From Acidimicrobiales bacterium (GTDB taxonomy: Bacteria > Actinomycetota > Acidimicrobiia > Acidimicrobiales > Ilumatobacteraceae): a DNA stretch of 48,878 nucleotides. Shown one piece after another: positions 40,555 through 47,250 of this stretch (its first letter is position 1; each line of letters opens with the position of its first letter). The DNA is taken from NCBI GenBank assembly GCA_044871175.1, contig JBIOZN010000056.1, positions 1-48,878 of the forward strand, given 5' to 3'. The notes under the pieces are model-generated. The model did no database searches. It was not told where the DNA came from and saw nothing but the letters and a program-made list of their open reading frames with translations. Made by a program: the position numbers and the translations under genes.

Positions 40555-41411
40555 AGGTGGGCCTCCCGGCGGGAGGCGGCGTTCTCGTCCTGCAAGCGGG
40601 TGGCCTCCCGGGCGGCCCGCAACGGCTCGTCGGCCGGGTCAGGCGCGCATCTCGCCATGCCCGTGCGGGCGTACAACACCACCGTGTACCGGTAGCCGCC
40701 CGACTTGGTCAGCCGGAACGGGGTGACCCCGTGCAGCACCGACTGGCCGTCGAACATGAGCAGGCTGCCGTGGGGGACGGTGAACACGGTGTTGTAGTCG
40801 GCGAGGTGGAGCAGGCCACCCTCGCAGTGGCGTTTGGCGGCCAGCATCACGCTCCACGACCCGACCACGTTGCCGGCGTCACGGTGGTAGGGCAGGCCCG
40901 AGTTGCCGTTGACGATGCCACTGGTGAACGGGGTGCCCGGCAGCCGCCAGGCCGGCGGCACCCCCTTGGCGTCCACCCGGGCGACCGTGTCGGTGTACTG
41001 CTCGGGGGCGGCCACAGCGAAGCTCGCTGTCATCGCCCGGCTCGCCTCCCACAGCACCGCCCCCAGCGTCGGGTATTCGGACTCCAGGGCGCAGCGGCGG
41101 CAGTCGTACCGTTTCCGCAGCGGCACCGGAGGCAGGTAGCCGAACGTGCGGGCCGGGCTGCACAACCCGGACAGGCGGGCCTGGCTGTTGGACGAGAAGG
41201 TGTCCGAGTAGCGGATGTGGCGCAAGTGGTGGGCGACCGCGGTGGCCAGGGCCTCCCGGCCGGTGGCCTGAACGGCGATCAGCTTGCCGGTCGCGGCGTC
41301 CACCAGTCGGGCCGACCCGTCCAGCACCTGGGCGCCGGGCAGGGCGGCCGGGGCGTGGGCCCGGCGGCGGGCCGTCGGGTGCTCACGGCGGTGCGCCGCA
41401 TGGGTCAGCAT
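40551..41411 (-). CDS. 2OG-Fe(II) dioxygenase (TET/JBP-like candidate)
   Basis: HxD (LPYHRDAGN), distal His (SVLHGVTPF) and Arg (GYRYTVVLYAR) at the spacing expected for a DSBH oxygenase. The TET/JBP assignment is inferred from context. Confidence 0.55.
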   Translation of the reverse strand: MLTHAAHRREHPTARRRAHAPAALPGAQVLDGSARLVDAATGKLIAVQATGREALATAVAHHLRHIRYSDTFSSNSQARLSGLCSPARTFGYLPPVPLRKRYDCRRCALESEYPTLGAVLWEASRAMTASFAVAAPEQYTDTVARVDAKGVPPAWRLPGTPFTSGIVNGNSGLPYHRDAGNVVGSWSVMLAAKRHCEGGLLHLADYNTVFTVPHGSLLMFDGQSVLHGVTPFRLTKSGGYRYTVVLYARTGMARCAPDPADEPLRAAREATRLQDENAASRREAHL

Positions 41412-41629
41412 TCCGGCTCCGGTTCGGGCTCAGCGCTGTCGCCGTTGCCGCGCCGCTCGGCCCGGTCAATCACCGCCAACACCCGGCTCAACAGTTCCTC
41501 GGCGCCCACCAGGCCCCGAATGGAGGCGTTGATCTGGTCGCGCTGGGCCCGCAACTGGGCCAGCGACTCCCGCACGTCCAGCAGGCGGGTGGTGGTGTGC
41601 TCCTTCAACTCCTCCCGGGTGTCCATCAC
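41405..41629 (-). CDS. hypothetical coiled-coil protein
   Basis: ORF-track ORF. GTGA overlap with the ParB-like stop. Confidence 0.6.
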   Translation of the reverse strand: MMDTREELKEHTTTRLLDVRESLAQLRAQRDQINASIRGLVGAEELLSRVLAVIDRAERRGNGDSAEPEPEPEC

Positions 41630-42264
41630 GGCTCCGTTTCCACCTGCCGCACCGCTTCGATCACCAGTTGGTAGATGACGCCGGCATTGGTGTCCAGGTC
41701 CAGGGCCCGGCGCAACACGCCCAACGCCTCCACCATGGTGTCGAAGGTGGCCGTCGGGTAGGGCAACACGATCGACCGCAGGTCGGCGGCCTCGTACTCG
41801 TTGGCCCGTTCACCCGGTTCCTGGCCCTGACGGACGGCGCCGTAGCCGCCCTCGGTGAGCGACTGGAGCAGCAGCCCGTACGCCTCGGCGTCGAAGCCGG
41901 TGCCGGCGTAGTCACCGTCAAGCTCGTTGAGCAACGCCATCAGGGCGGCGTCGTCGTAGGCGGCCAGGTCGTTCGACCGGTTGTCGACCAGGAGGATGCG
42001 GCGGGCCTGCTCGTCGTCGACGTCGAGCCGGATCACGTCCACATGGGTCCAGCCGACCGACACGGCCGCCTCCACGGTGCCGTGACCGGCGATGATCCGG
42101 TTGGTGCTGGCCTGCACCAGGATCGGCCGGTACTGGCCGTGGGCCCGCAGCGAGTCGGCGATGACGGCGATGTCGTGGATGCGGGGGTTGCCCGGCCAGG
42201 GCTCCAGGTAGTCGATGGGCACCGACTCGACCTGGCGGGTAGGGGTGTCAGTCACGCTAGCCAC
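41626..42264 (-). CDS. ParB N-terminal-domain (ParB/Srx-fold) protein
   Basis: IDYLEPWPGNPRIHD…IIAGHGTVEAA… ParBc motifs. Start is GTG 42264, or GTG 42255 if leaderless from the TAGGGT element. Confidence 0.7.
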   Translation of the reverse strand: MASVTDTPTRQVESVPIDYLEPWPGNPRIHDIAVIADSLRAHGQYRPILVQASTNRIIAGHGTVEAAVSVGWTHVDVIRLDVDDEQARRILLVDNRSNDLAAYDDAALMALLNELDGDYAGTGFDAEAYGLLLQSLTEGGYGAVRQGQEPGERANEYEAADLRSIVLPYPTATFDTMVEALGVLRRALDLDTNAGVIYQLVIEAVRQVETEP

Positions 42265-42268
42265 CCTA
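42257..42268 (-). promoter_or_regulatory. partial promoter copy: -10-like TAGGGT + GGCTAG directly before the ParB-like start (no -35)
   Basis: Minus TAGGGTGGCTAGCGTGACTGACACCCCTACCC parallels promoter B, TAGACTGGCTAGTCGTGAACCCCACCCCTACCC. Confidence 0.3.
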
Positions 42269-42278
42269 GCCCGGAAGC

Positions 42279-42318
42279 ACAGCGACCCCCGAGCGGCGGG
42301 CCGCTCGGGGGTCGCTGT
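42279..42318 (-). terminator. perfect 18-bp stem / 4-nt loop hairpin
   Basis: ACAGCGACCCCCGAGCGG-CGGG-CCGCTCGGGGGTCGCTGT, between the stop at 42381 and the ParB-like start. No U tract. Confidence 0.55.
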
Positions 42319-42380
42319 CCCCTACCCAGGGGAGCCCCGAGGGGGCGCGCCCCAGGTTACCCGATGACCGCCTAGAGACG

Positions 42381-42569
42381 CTAGCGGGCGGGTCCGGCCA
42401 GGTCGGCGGCGTCAGGGTGAAGGGCGGTGGCGAGCGCGACGAACCAGCGGGCCGCCGCGGCACGGCCACCGACATCGGCGCCAAACCAGGCGGCGAGCGC
42501 CTCGGCGGTCACCCCTGCGTCCTCGTGCAAGGCCGTCCGGGCCAGCGCGCCCGGGGTCACCTCACTCAT
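42381..42569 (-). CDS. hypothetical small protein
   Basis: Trimmed from ORF 42381..42716 to ATG 42569 (ATGA overlap). Confidence 0.55.
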   Translation of the reverse strand: MSEVTPGALARTALHEDAGVTAEALAAWFGADVGGRAAAARWFVALATALHPDAADLAGPAR

Positions 42570-42736
42570 CGGGGCCTCACCGCGGCCACGATGCAGGACC
42601 GCCACCAGCCGCACATCGGGCAGCGCACCACCTCGGTGCGGGTGGTTTCGCCGTAGCCGCCATGGAAGAACAGGGCCGGCTGCTCCCAGGCCCTGGCCGC
42701 CAGCGGCCCCCCGCACTCGGCGCAGCCCGGCGGCAT
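42566..42736 (-). CDS. zinc-ribbon small protein
   Basis: ATG 42736, 1 nt after the upstream stop. CAECGG…CPMCG. Confidence 0.55.
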   Translation of the reverse strand: MPPGCAECGGPLAARAWEQPALFFHGGYGETTRTEVVRCPMCGWWRSCIVAAVRPR

Positions 42737-42737
42737 C

Positions 42738-43259
42738 TCAGTGACCGCGGCAGACACCACCGGAGCACGTCCACGCGTCAGGGCCCTGCTCGGCGAGGAT
42801 GAGCGCCGCCATGGCCGTGTTGCCGTCCAGGGTGCGGATGTCGAAGCCCTTGTCCCGGGCGACGTTCTGCCACACCTTCTCGTGGATCTGGAACGCGCCG
42901 ATCTCGCCGTACGGGCCCACCTTCTCCATGTGGAAGTCGCTTTCCGCCCAGGCGGTCTCGCACGCCCACTCCTGCCACAGCGCAGGGAAGTGAGCCCGGA
43001 TGGCGGCGGACACTTCGCCAGCGTTGCTCATCTCCGGGTGGCAGAGCGGGGTGGTGGGCGAGGTGGGCGGGACGGTGGGCAGGGTGGGCGGGGCCGGGGC
43101 CGGGGCCGGCTGGCCGGCGACCGTCGTGGTGGGGGCCGCGGTCGTGATGTCGAGCCGAGGGTCGTGCCAGGCGACGGCCAAGACGAACGCGGTGGTCACC
43201 CCGACCATCGCCAGCCACTGCAACACCTCCCAGACGCGTTCACCCCAGGTCACTCCCAC
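42738..43259 (-). CDS. membrane-anchored lytic transglycosylase (SLT-like)
   Basis: N-terminal TM (VLQWLAMVGVTTAFVLAVAW), Pro/Thr linker, ETAWAESDF…EIGAFQI catalytic-Glu motif. Confidence 0.75.
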   Translation of the reverse strand: MGVTWGERVWEVLQWLAMVGVTTAFVLAVAWHDPRLDITTAAPTTTVAGQPAPAPAPPTLPTVPPTSPTTPLCHPEMSNAGEVSAAIRAHFPALWQEWACETAWAESDFHMEKVGPYGEIGAFQIHEKVWQNVARDKGFDIRTLDGNTAMAALILAEQGPDAWTCSGGVCRGH

Positions 43260-43561
43260 GACCTCCGCAGCAGGCCCCGCCGGTGGGCGAGGGCGACATG
43301 GTCATGAACGGCCCGGTGATGGGAGGCGCACAACACGACCACGTTGTCCAGGTCCAGTTCGCCGCCCGGGCGCAACGAGCGTTGCACCCGTTCGTGGGCG
43401 TCGAGCCCGCCGTGGCAGCGGATCTCCGGCCAGACCTTCTCGGCCTCGCAGACGAAGTTGGCGCGCCGCAACGCCTCGTCCACGACGGCGCGCCGTTCCC
43501 GGGCCTGGGCGGCCCGGCGCAGGCTGACCTGCGACAGCCGGGCCCGGCGGCGCAGGGTCAC
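43250..43561 (-). CDS. HNH endonuclease
   Basis: Trimmed to GTG 43561 (GTGA overlap). CEAE…CHGGLDAHERV…DNVVVLCASHHRAVH. Confidence 0.75.
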   Translation of the reverse strand: MTLRRRARLSQVSLRRAAQARERRAVVDEALRRANFVCEAEKVWPEIRCHGGLDAHERVQRSLRPGGELDLDNVVVLCASHHRAVHDHVALAHRRGLLRRSWE

Positions 43562-43830
43562 GGCAGGTTGCGGGTGGAGTAGCTGACCCAGGCGGCCAAC
43601 CGGCGCAGGCTGGTCACGTTGGGCGGCACGGCGTGGCTGACCCAGCGGGACAGGTCGTAGCGGGACAGGTCGGCCTCGGCGGCGACCTGGGCCCACGGGA
43701 CCATGCGCCGGGCGTGCTCGGCTCGGACGGCGGCGAGGATGGTTTCACGGCAGGCGTCCAGGGCGGCCGCCGCCTCGTCCAGTGCGGCGGTCAGGTCGTC
43801 CAAGGGGACGCTGGGCATCACGCGAGGCAT
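43558..43830 (-). CDS. hypothetical protein
   Basis: ATG 43830 after GAAGGAGtccaccgtc. First gene downstream of promoter E. Confidence 0.7.
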   Translation of the reverse strand: MPRVMPSVPLDDLTAALDEAAAALDACRETILAAVRAEHARRMVPWAQVAAEADLSRYDLSRWVSHAVPPNVTSLRRLAAWVSYSTRNLP

Positions 43831-43867
43831 GACGGTGGACTCCTTCGGGTCAGGGGGGTGACTACCC

Positions 43868-43897
43868 AGTCTAGCCGGGCGTAGCGTCGTCGCGCAA
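43868..43897 (-). promoter_or_regulatory. conserved sigma70-type promoter, copy E (TTGCGC-N18-TAGACT), embedded in the 3' end of the upstream gene
   Basis: Minus strand: GTTGCGCGACGACGCTACGCCCGGCTAGACT. The TAG of the -10 is the stop codon of 43871..44332. Confidence 0.6.
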
Positions 43898-44332
43898 CGT
43901 CAGGCGGCCGGCGGAGGTGATGCGGCGCACCACGGCCCGACGGCCCGACCGGTTCACCCGCCGCTCCTCGGTGTCCACGGCCAACCCCTTCAGCACCAAA
44001 GCCCGCAACCGGGCGCTGAGCGACTGGTGCCGGCCGCCCAGCAGGGCCTCAACCTCGTCGCTGGTCAGCCCGTCCTCGTGGGCGGCCAGCACCCGCAGCA
44101 CCACCCGCTCCTGGGCCTGGACGTGGGGCAGCATCGAGTAAGCGGCATCAATGGAGGTGTCGGAGCCGGCCACGTAGCCGGGGGCGTCCGGGTAGTGGAA
44201 GCCAACCTCGGCCCGGCAGCCGGCGCACAGCCCGCCGGTGACGTCGTTGGGGTGGAGGCTGGTGGCACCGCACCGTTTGCACTCGGCCGGGTCATCCCAG
44301 AAGGAGGGTTGCTGCGGCGGGGCAGGGGGCAT
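43871..44332 (-). CDS. zinc-ribbon + winged-helix (MarR-like) DNA-binding protein, apparently leaderless
   Basis: CKRCG…CAGC, then VLRVLAAHEDGLTSDEVEALL…RLRALVLKGLAV. ATG 44332 lies 6 nt after a TAGAGT -10-like element. Confidence 0.7.
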   Translation of the reverse strand: MPPAPPQQPSFWDDPAECKRCGATSLHPNDVTGGLCAGCRAEVGFHYPDAPGYVAGSDTSIDAAYSMLPHVQAQERVVLRVLAAHEDGLTSDEVEALLGGRHQSLSARLRALVLKGLAVDTEERRVNRSGRRAVVRRITSAGRLTLRDDATPG

Positions 44333-44344
44333 CTAGCCACTCTA
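44333..44344 (-). promoter_or_regulatory. partial promoter copy: TAGAGT + GGCTAG immediately before ATG 44332 (no -35)
   Basis: Minus strand: TAGAGTGGCTAG-ATG. The TAG is the stop of 44342..44545. Confidence 0.3.
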
Positions 44345-44545
44345 GGCGTCCGGGCTGTCGCGGTCGCTCGGCCCCGAGTCCCGGGCGTACAGGGCGAGCG
44401 CGGCGCCGAACAGGACGGCTCCGAGGGTCAGCAGCGTGCCGGCCGCCAGCAGCCGCTCTTGACTCTGGTTGAGCAGCGCCACCGCCGCGGCGATGCACAC
44501 CGTGGCCGCCAGCACTAGTGGCCAACGGCCAACCTGCCGCCACAA
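44342..44545 (-). CDS. holin-like two-TM membrane protein (candidate)
   Basis: Downstream of the amidase. WPLVLAATVCIAAAVALL and LLTLGAVLFGAALALY segments. Start uncertain (TTG 44545 chosen; the track start 44626 would overlap the amidase by 74 nt). Confidence 0.5.
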   Translation of the reverse strand: MWRQVGRWPLVLAATVCIAAAVALLNQSQERLLAAGTLLTLGAVLFGAALALYARDSGPSDRDSPDA

Positions 44546-44552
44546 CCCCGGG

Positions 44553-45470
44553 TCAGCGCTTGGGTATGACGGCGTAGAAGTCGCGCTCGTTCCAGTCCTT
44601 GTAGCGGTCGCCGGTCGGGATGTCACCGACCAGCGTCACGTTGGTCATGTCCGCAGCGCCGATCTCCGCCTTGTGCGTCACCCCGGCGATGATGGCCGGC
44701 GCCCGCCAGGCCGAGCCCGGGCCGGTCCATTCCATGGTGCCCAGGATGAGCGGCTCCAGCTGGGCGGGACCGTAGAAGGCGGCGTCAGCGTCGCGGCACT
44801 GCACGAGGGTCAAAGGCATGTCGTCCTCCGGTTCGGGAGTGGGGCCGGGCAGCACGCCCCCGGCACGGCGGCGGCATTCCGCCTTCAGATCGCTGAGGTT
44901 CCAGGTGCCCGAGTTGTTGACCGACCCGGGCTGCCACGGGCCCTCCACCGCCGACGCCTTCGACGGGTCAACCTTGCGGTCCGGCGCCCACGTGTAGTGC
45001 AGGGCGACGTCGTCAGGCTGGTTGCCGCAGTGGGCGTTGATGGCGTTGGAGACGGCGAAGGCGGCGTCGACCTGCGCCTGGCTGTAGGAGCCGCCGCCGC
45101 CGTTGTTGCAAATCTCGATGCCGAAGGCGTAGCTGTTCATCGAGTCGCCGGGCACCGACCCCTTGGAGAACGACACCCCGTCGCCCGAGCCGTTGGTGTT
45201 CGTCGGTCCACCGGCGAGCAGCCACACGTCGCCGTTGCGGTCGATGCACACGTTGGCGATGGGCGCGGCGTCAGCGCCGTAGCACATGTAATGCGACTCG
45301 CTCTCCGCCGAGTTGTTCGACCCGGTGTGGTGCCACATGCACCCCCACGGCCGGCCCGAGTTGTAACCGCCGCTCGACTTGCACCGGTACTTCCAGTCAT
45401 CGAACTCGATGACGTTGCAACCAGCGGCTCGCAGCCAGTGCGCGGCTTCGGTCAGGAACACGTCACCCAT
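44553..45470 (-). CDS. N-acetylmuramoyl-L-alanine amidase (amidase_2/PGRP-type) endolysin
   Basis: WHHTGS…NVCIDRNGDVWL…AFGIEICNNGGG…ALHYTWAPDRKVDP pattern, plus a C-terminal domain. Confidence 0.8.
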   Translation of the reverse strand: MGDVFLTEAAHWLRAAGCNVIEFDDWKYRCKSSGGYNSGRPWGCMWHHTGSNNSAESESHYMCYGADAAPIANVCIDRNGDVWLLAGGPTNTNGSGDGVSFSKGSVPGDSMNSYAFGIEICNNGGGGSYSQAQVDAAFAVSNAINAHCGNQPDDVALHYTWAPDRKVDPSKASAVEGPWQPGSVNNSGTWNLSDLKAECRRRAGGVLPGPTPEPEDDMPLTLVQCRDADAAFYGPAQLEPLILGTMEWTGPGSAWRAPAIIAGVTHKAEIGAADMTNVTLVGDIPTGDRYKDWNERDFYAVIPKR

Positions 45471-45676
45471 CAGGCATGCCCTTCGATCGCTTCCAACAGT
45501 TCCAGCCAGCGGCGCATCCGGCGGCGGGACGGCTTGAACTCGTCGTCGCCACGGTCCCGGCGGAGGGCCACGTTGGCGACCTCGGTGCCGAAGTCGCAGC
45601 CCGCCTCGGCGTCGAACGCGTCACGCGGGTCGAAGTCCTCGAAGACCCGGTGGCCCGTGTTGATGTCTCGGGGCAT
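45470..45676 (-). CDS. hypothetical protein
   Basis: Trimmed to ATG 45676 (GAGGTGAgc upstream). ATGA overlap with the amidase start. Confidence 0.6.
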   Translation of the reverse strand: MPRDINTGHRVFEDFDPRDAFDAEAGCDFGTEVANVALRRDRGDDEFKPSRRRMRRWLELLEAIEGHA

Positions 45677-45678
45677 GC

Positions 45679-45876
45679 TCACCTCACGATCACTTTCAGT
45701 AGGGCCAGCACGCGCGATGGCGGCCACTGGCGGAGAAGCTGCACGCCCTGGTCGGTCCCCGCCCACACCAGCGGCTCCACGTCGGACTCGCCGAACTCGG
45801 CGCTCTGCAACGCGATGATGAACTCGCCGAGGTCGGACAGCGCTTCCGGTTCGATGGGGCGGCGGCGGCGGCGCAC
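45679..45876 (-). CDS. hypothetical protein
   Basis: Real C-terminal part of ORF 45679..45954. GTG 45876 chosen. Start uncertain. Confidence 0.45.
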   Translation of the reverse strand: MRRRRRPIEPEALSDLGEFIIALQSAEFGESDVEPLVWAGTDQGVQLLRQWPPSRVLALLKVIVR

Positions 45877-45938
45877 TACCTGGCCTGCCCGTTCTCGGTC
45901 ACGCCCGCCATCGTCGCACGGCGCGAGGCTGGACGGGT

Positions 45939-46181
45939 ATGAGCACCCAGACACCCGATGATCCCCAGGGCGGCCGCCCCGCCACTCCCCCCGGCCAGCA
46001 GGGCACCCAGCCCGGTAACCGGCCTGACGTTCCCCCCGGCCAGGACCCCAACCGGGTGCCGCCCGGGCAGCAGGAGCAGCCGGCGACCAAGCCGGTCGAG
46101 CCGGAGGAAGAGCCCGAAGCCGAACCGAAGGACGCCGAGACCGAGGCCGACCGGCGGGCCGACCGGGGCCTGGACCGCTAG
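45939..46181 (+). CDS. plus-strand low-complexity Pro/Gln/Glu-rich (PPGQ repeats) small protein
   Basis: ATG 45939, high GC3, followed by a canonical terminator. Convergent with the minus-strand gene 46234..46545. Confidence 0.5.
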   Translation: MSTQTPDDPQGGRPATPPGQQGTQPGNRPDVPPGQDPNRVPPGQQEQPATKPVEPEEEPEAEPKDAETEADRRADRGLDR

Positions 46182-46197
46182 CGGGCCAGGCTCGCCA

Positions 46198-46230
46198 CGA
46201 GGGGCCGCCCGGAAGCGGCCCCTCGTTTGT
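46198..46230 (+). terminator. canonical rho-independent terminator (bidirectional position)
   Basis: 11-bp stem CGAGGGGCCGC/GCGGCCCCTCG, 6-nt loop, then TTTGT. Lies between convergent genes. Confidence 0.7.
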
Positions 46231-46233
46231 CGC

Positions 46234-46545
46234 TCAGAGGTCGTCCACGGGAAGCTCGACGGGGGCGGGCCGGACGACGAGGCGGGCGGCCTCGTTCAGG
46301 GCCGTGTTGAGCCGGGCGGCCTCGGTGACCGTGCCCCACAAGACCACGCCGTGCCGGCCCCGCAGTTCCACCCGGACCGGGGCCAGCCCGGTCATGGGCC
46401 CGCCCCGCACTGCGGCGACGACGATGCGGGCGTTGGGTGGGCCCCAGATGGTGACGGGGGTGTCGGGGCCGCGGCTCAGGCGCAGCAGCGCGCGGGTGGC
46501 GGCGAAATCGGTGAACGGGTCGGAGGGAGTGAGAAACAGGCTCAC
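46234..46545 (-). CDS. hypothetical protein
   Basis: Trimmed from ORF 46234..46881 to GTG 46545. CCCCTACCCccGAAAGGccaccccc upstream. First gene downstream of promoter F. Confidence 0.6.
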   Translation of the reverse strand: MSLFLTPSDPFTDFAATRALLRLSRGPDTPVTIWGPPNARIVVAAVRGGPMTGLAPVRVELRGRHGVVLWGTVTEAARLNTALNEAARLVVRPAPVELPVDDL

Positions 46546-46579
46546 GGGGGTGGCCTTTCGGGGGTAGGGGTACCTACCC

Positions 46580-46608
46580 ACTCTAGCCGGTGTAGCGCCC
46601 CGCCGCAA
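46580..46608 (-). promoter_or_regulatory. conserved sigma70-type promoter, copy F (TTGCGG-N17-TAGAGT)
   Basis: Minus strand: GTTGCGGCGGGGCGCTACACCGGCTAGAGTGGGTAGG. Confidence 0.65.
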
Positions 46609-46684
46609 CCGCGGGTGGGCCCGGGAAGCGGTCATTGGCGGACGCGTCCCCCGGGCCCGGGACGACCGTAGGCCAGGACGGCGC

Positions 46685-46981
46685 TCAACGGCGGCGCGGC
46701 CGCCGGCGCGCCCGTGGCCGGGCCCGGTTGTCCACCCGCCACGCCCGGCCGGCACGGTCCAGGTCGGCCTCCTCCCAGATGTTCCGCAACCAGTCCGCCG
46801 CGCCATCCGGGCGGGAGACGCCAATGCTGAACGACGCGGCGGGGCCCGGCAGCCGCCACACCTGCGGATGCCACCAGTCACCGGACTCGGCGACGACGGT
46901 CAGGTACGGGGCGCCGTCGGGCAGGCGGCCGGTCTGCAACCACCACCGGTACGGGATGGGCGGGCCGTAGACGTCGCTCAC
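46685..46981 (-). CDS. hypothetical Trp-rich protein
   Basis: Trimmed from ORF 46685..47398 to GTG 46981 (GTGA overlap). Confidence 0.55.
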   Translation of the reverse strand: MSDVYGPPIPYRWWLQTGRLPDGAPYLTVVAESGDWWHPQVWRLPGPAASFSIGVSRPDGAADWLRNIWEEADLDRAGRAWRVDNRARPRARRRPRRR

Positions 46982-47250
46982 CGGTCCTCGACGTAGGCCA
47001 CCACGCCCAAGGCGTGGGCGAGGCGGAGTGGCACGGTGACGTTGAGGTGGGCGAAGCCCGCGCACACCGGTTCGACCGGCTCGTCGCCGTACAGGTGGTG
47101 GTGGCAGGGGATCACACCCTGGTCGCCGCAGGTGGTGACCAGCTCCTGCCGCCGCTCCACGCTGACCGGGGAGCGGGGCCCGAAGATGCAGGTGTCGCAC
47201 TGGCGTCGGCGGACGTGGACCCGACCGCCGACGTAGATGCGGTGGGTCAC
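46978..47250 (-). CDS. hypothetical Cys/His-rich protein
   Basis: Trimmed to GTG 47250 (GTGA overlap). CDTC…C…CHHH…C. Confidence 0.55.
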   Translation of the reverse strand: MTHRIYVGGRVHVRRRQCDTCIFGPRSPVSVERRQELVTTCGDQGVIPCHHHLYGDEPVEPVCAGFAHLNVTVPLRLAHALGVVAYVEDR

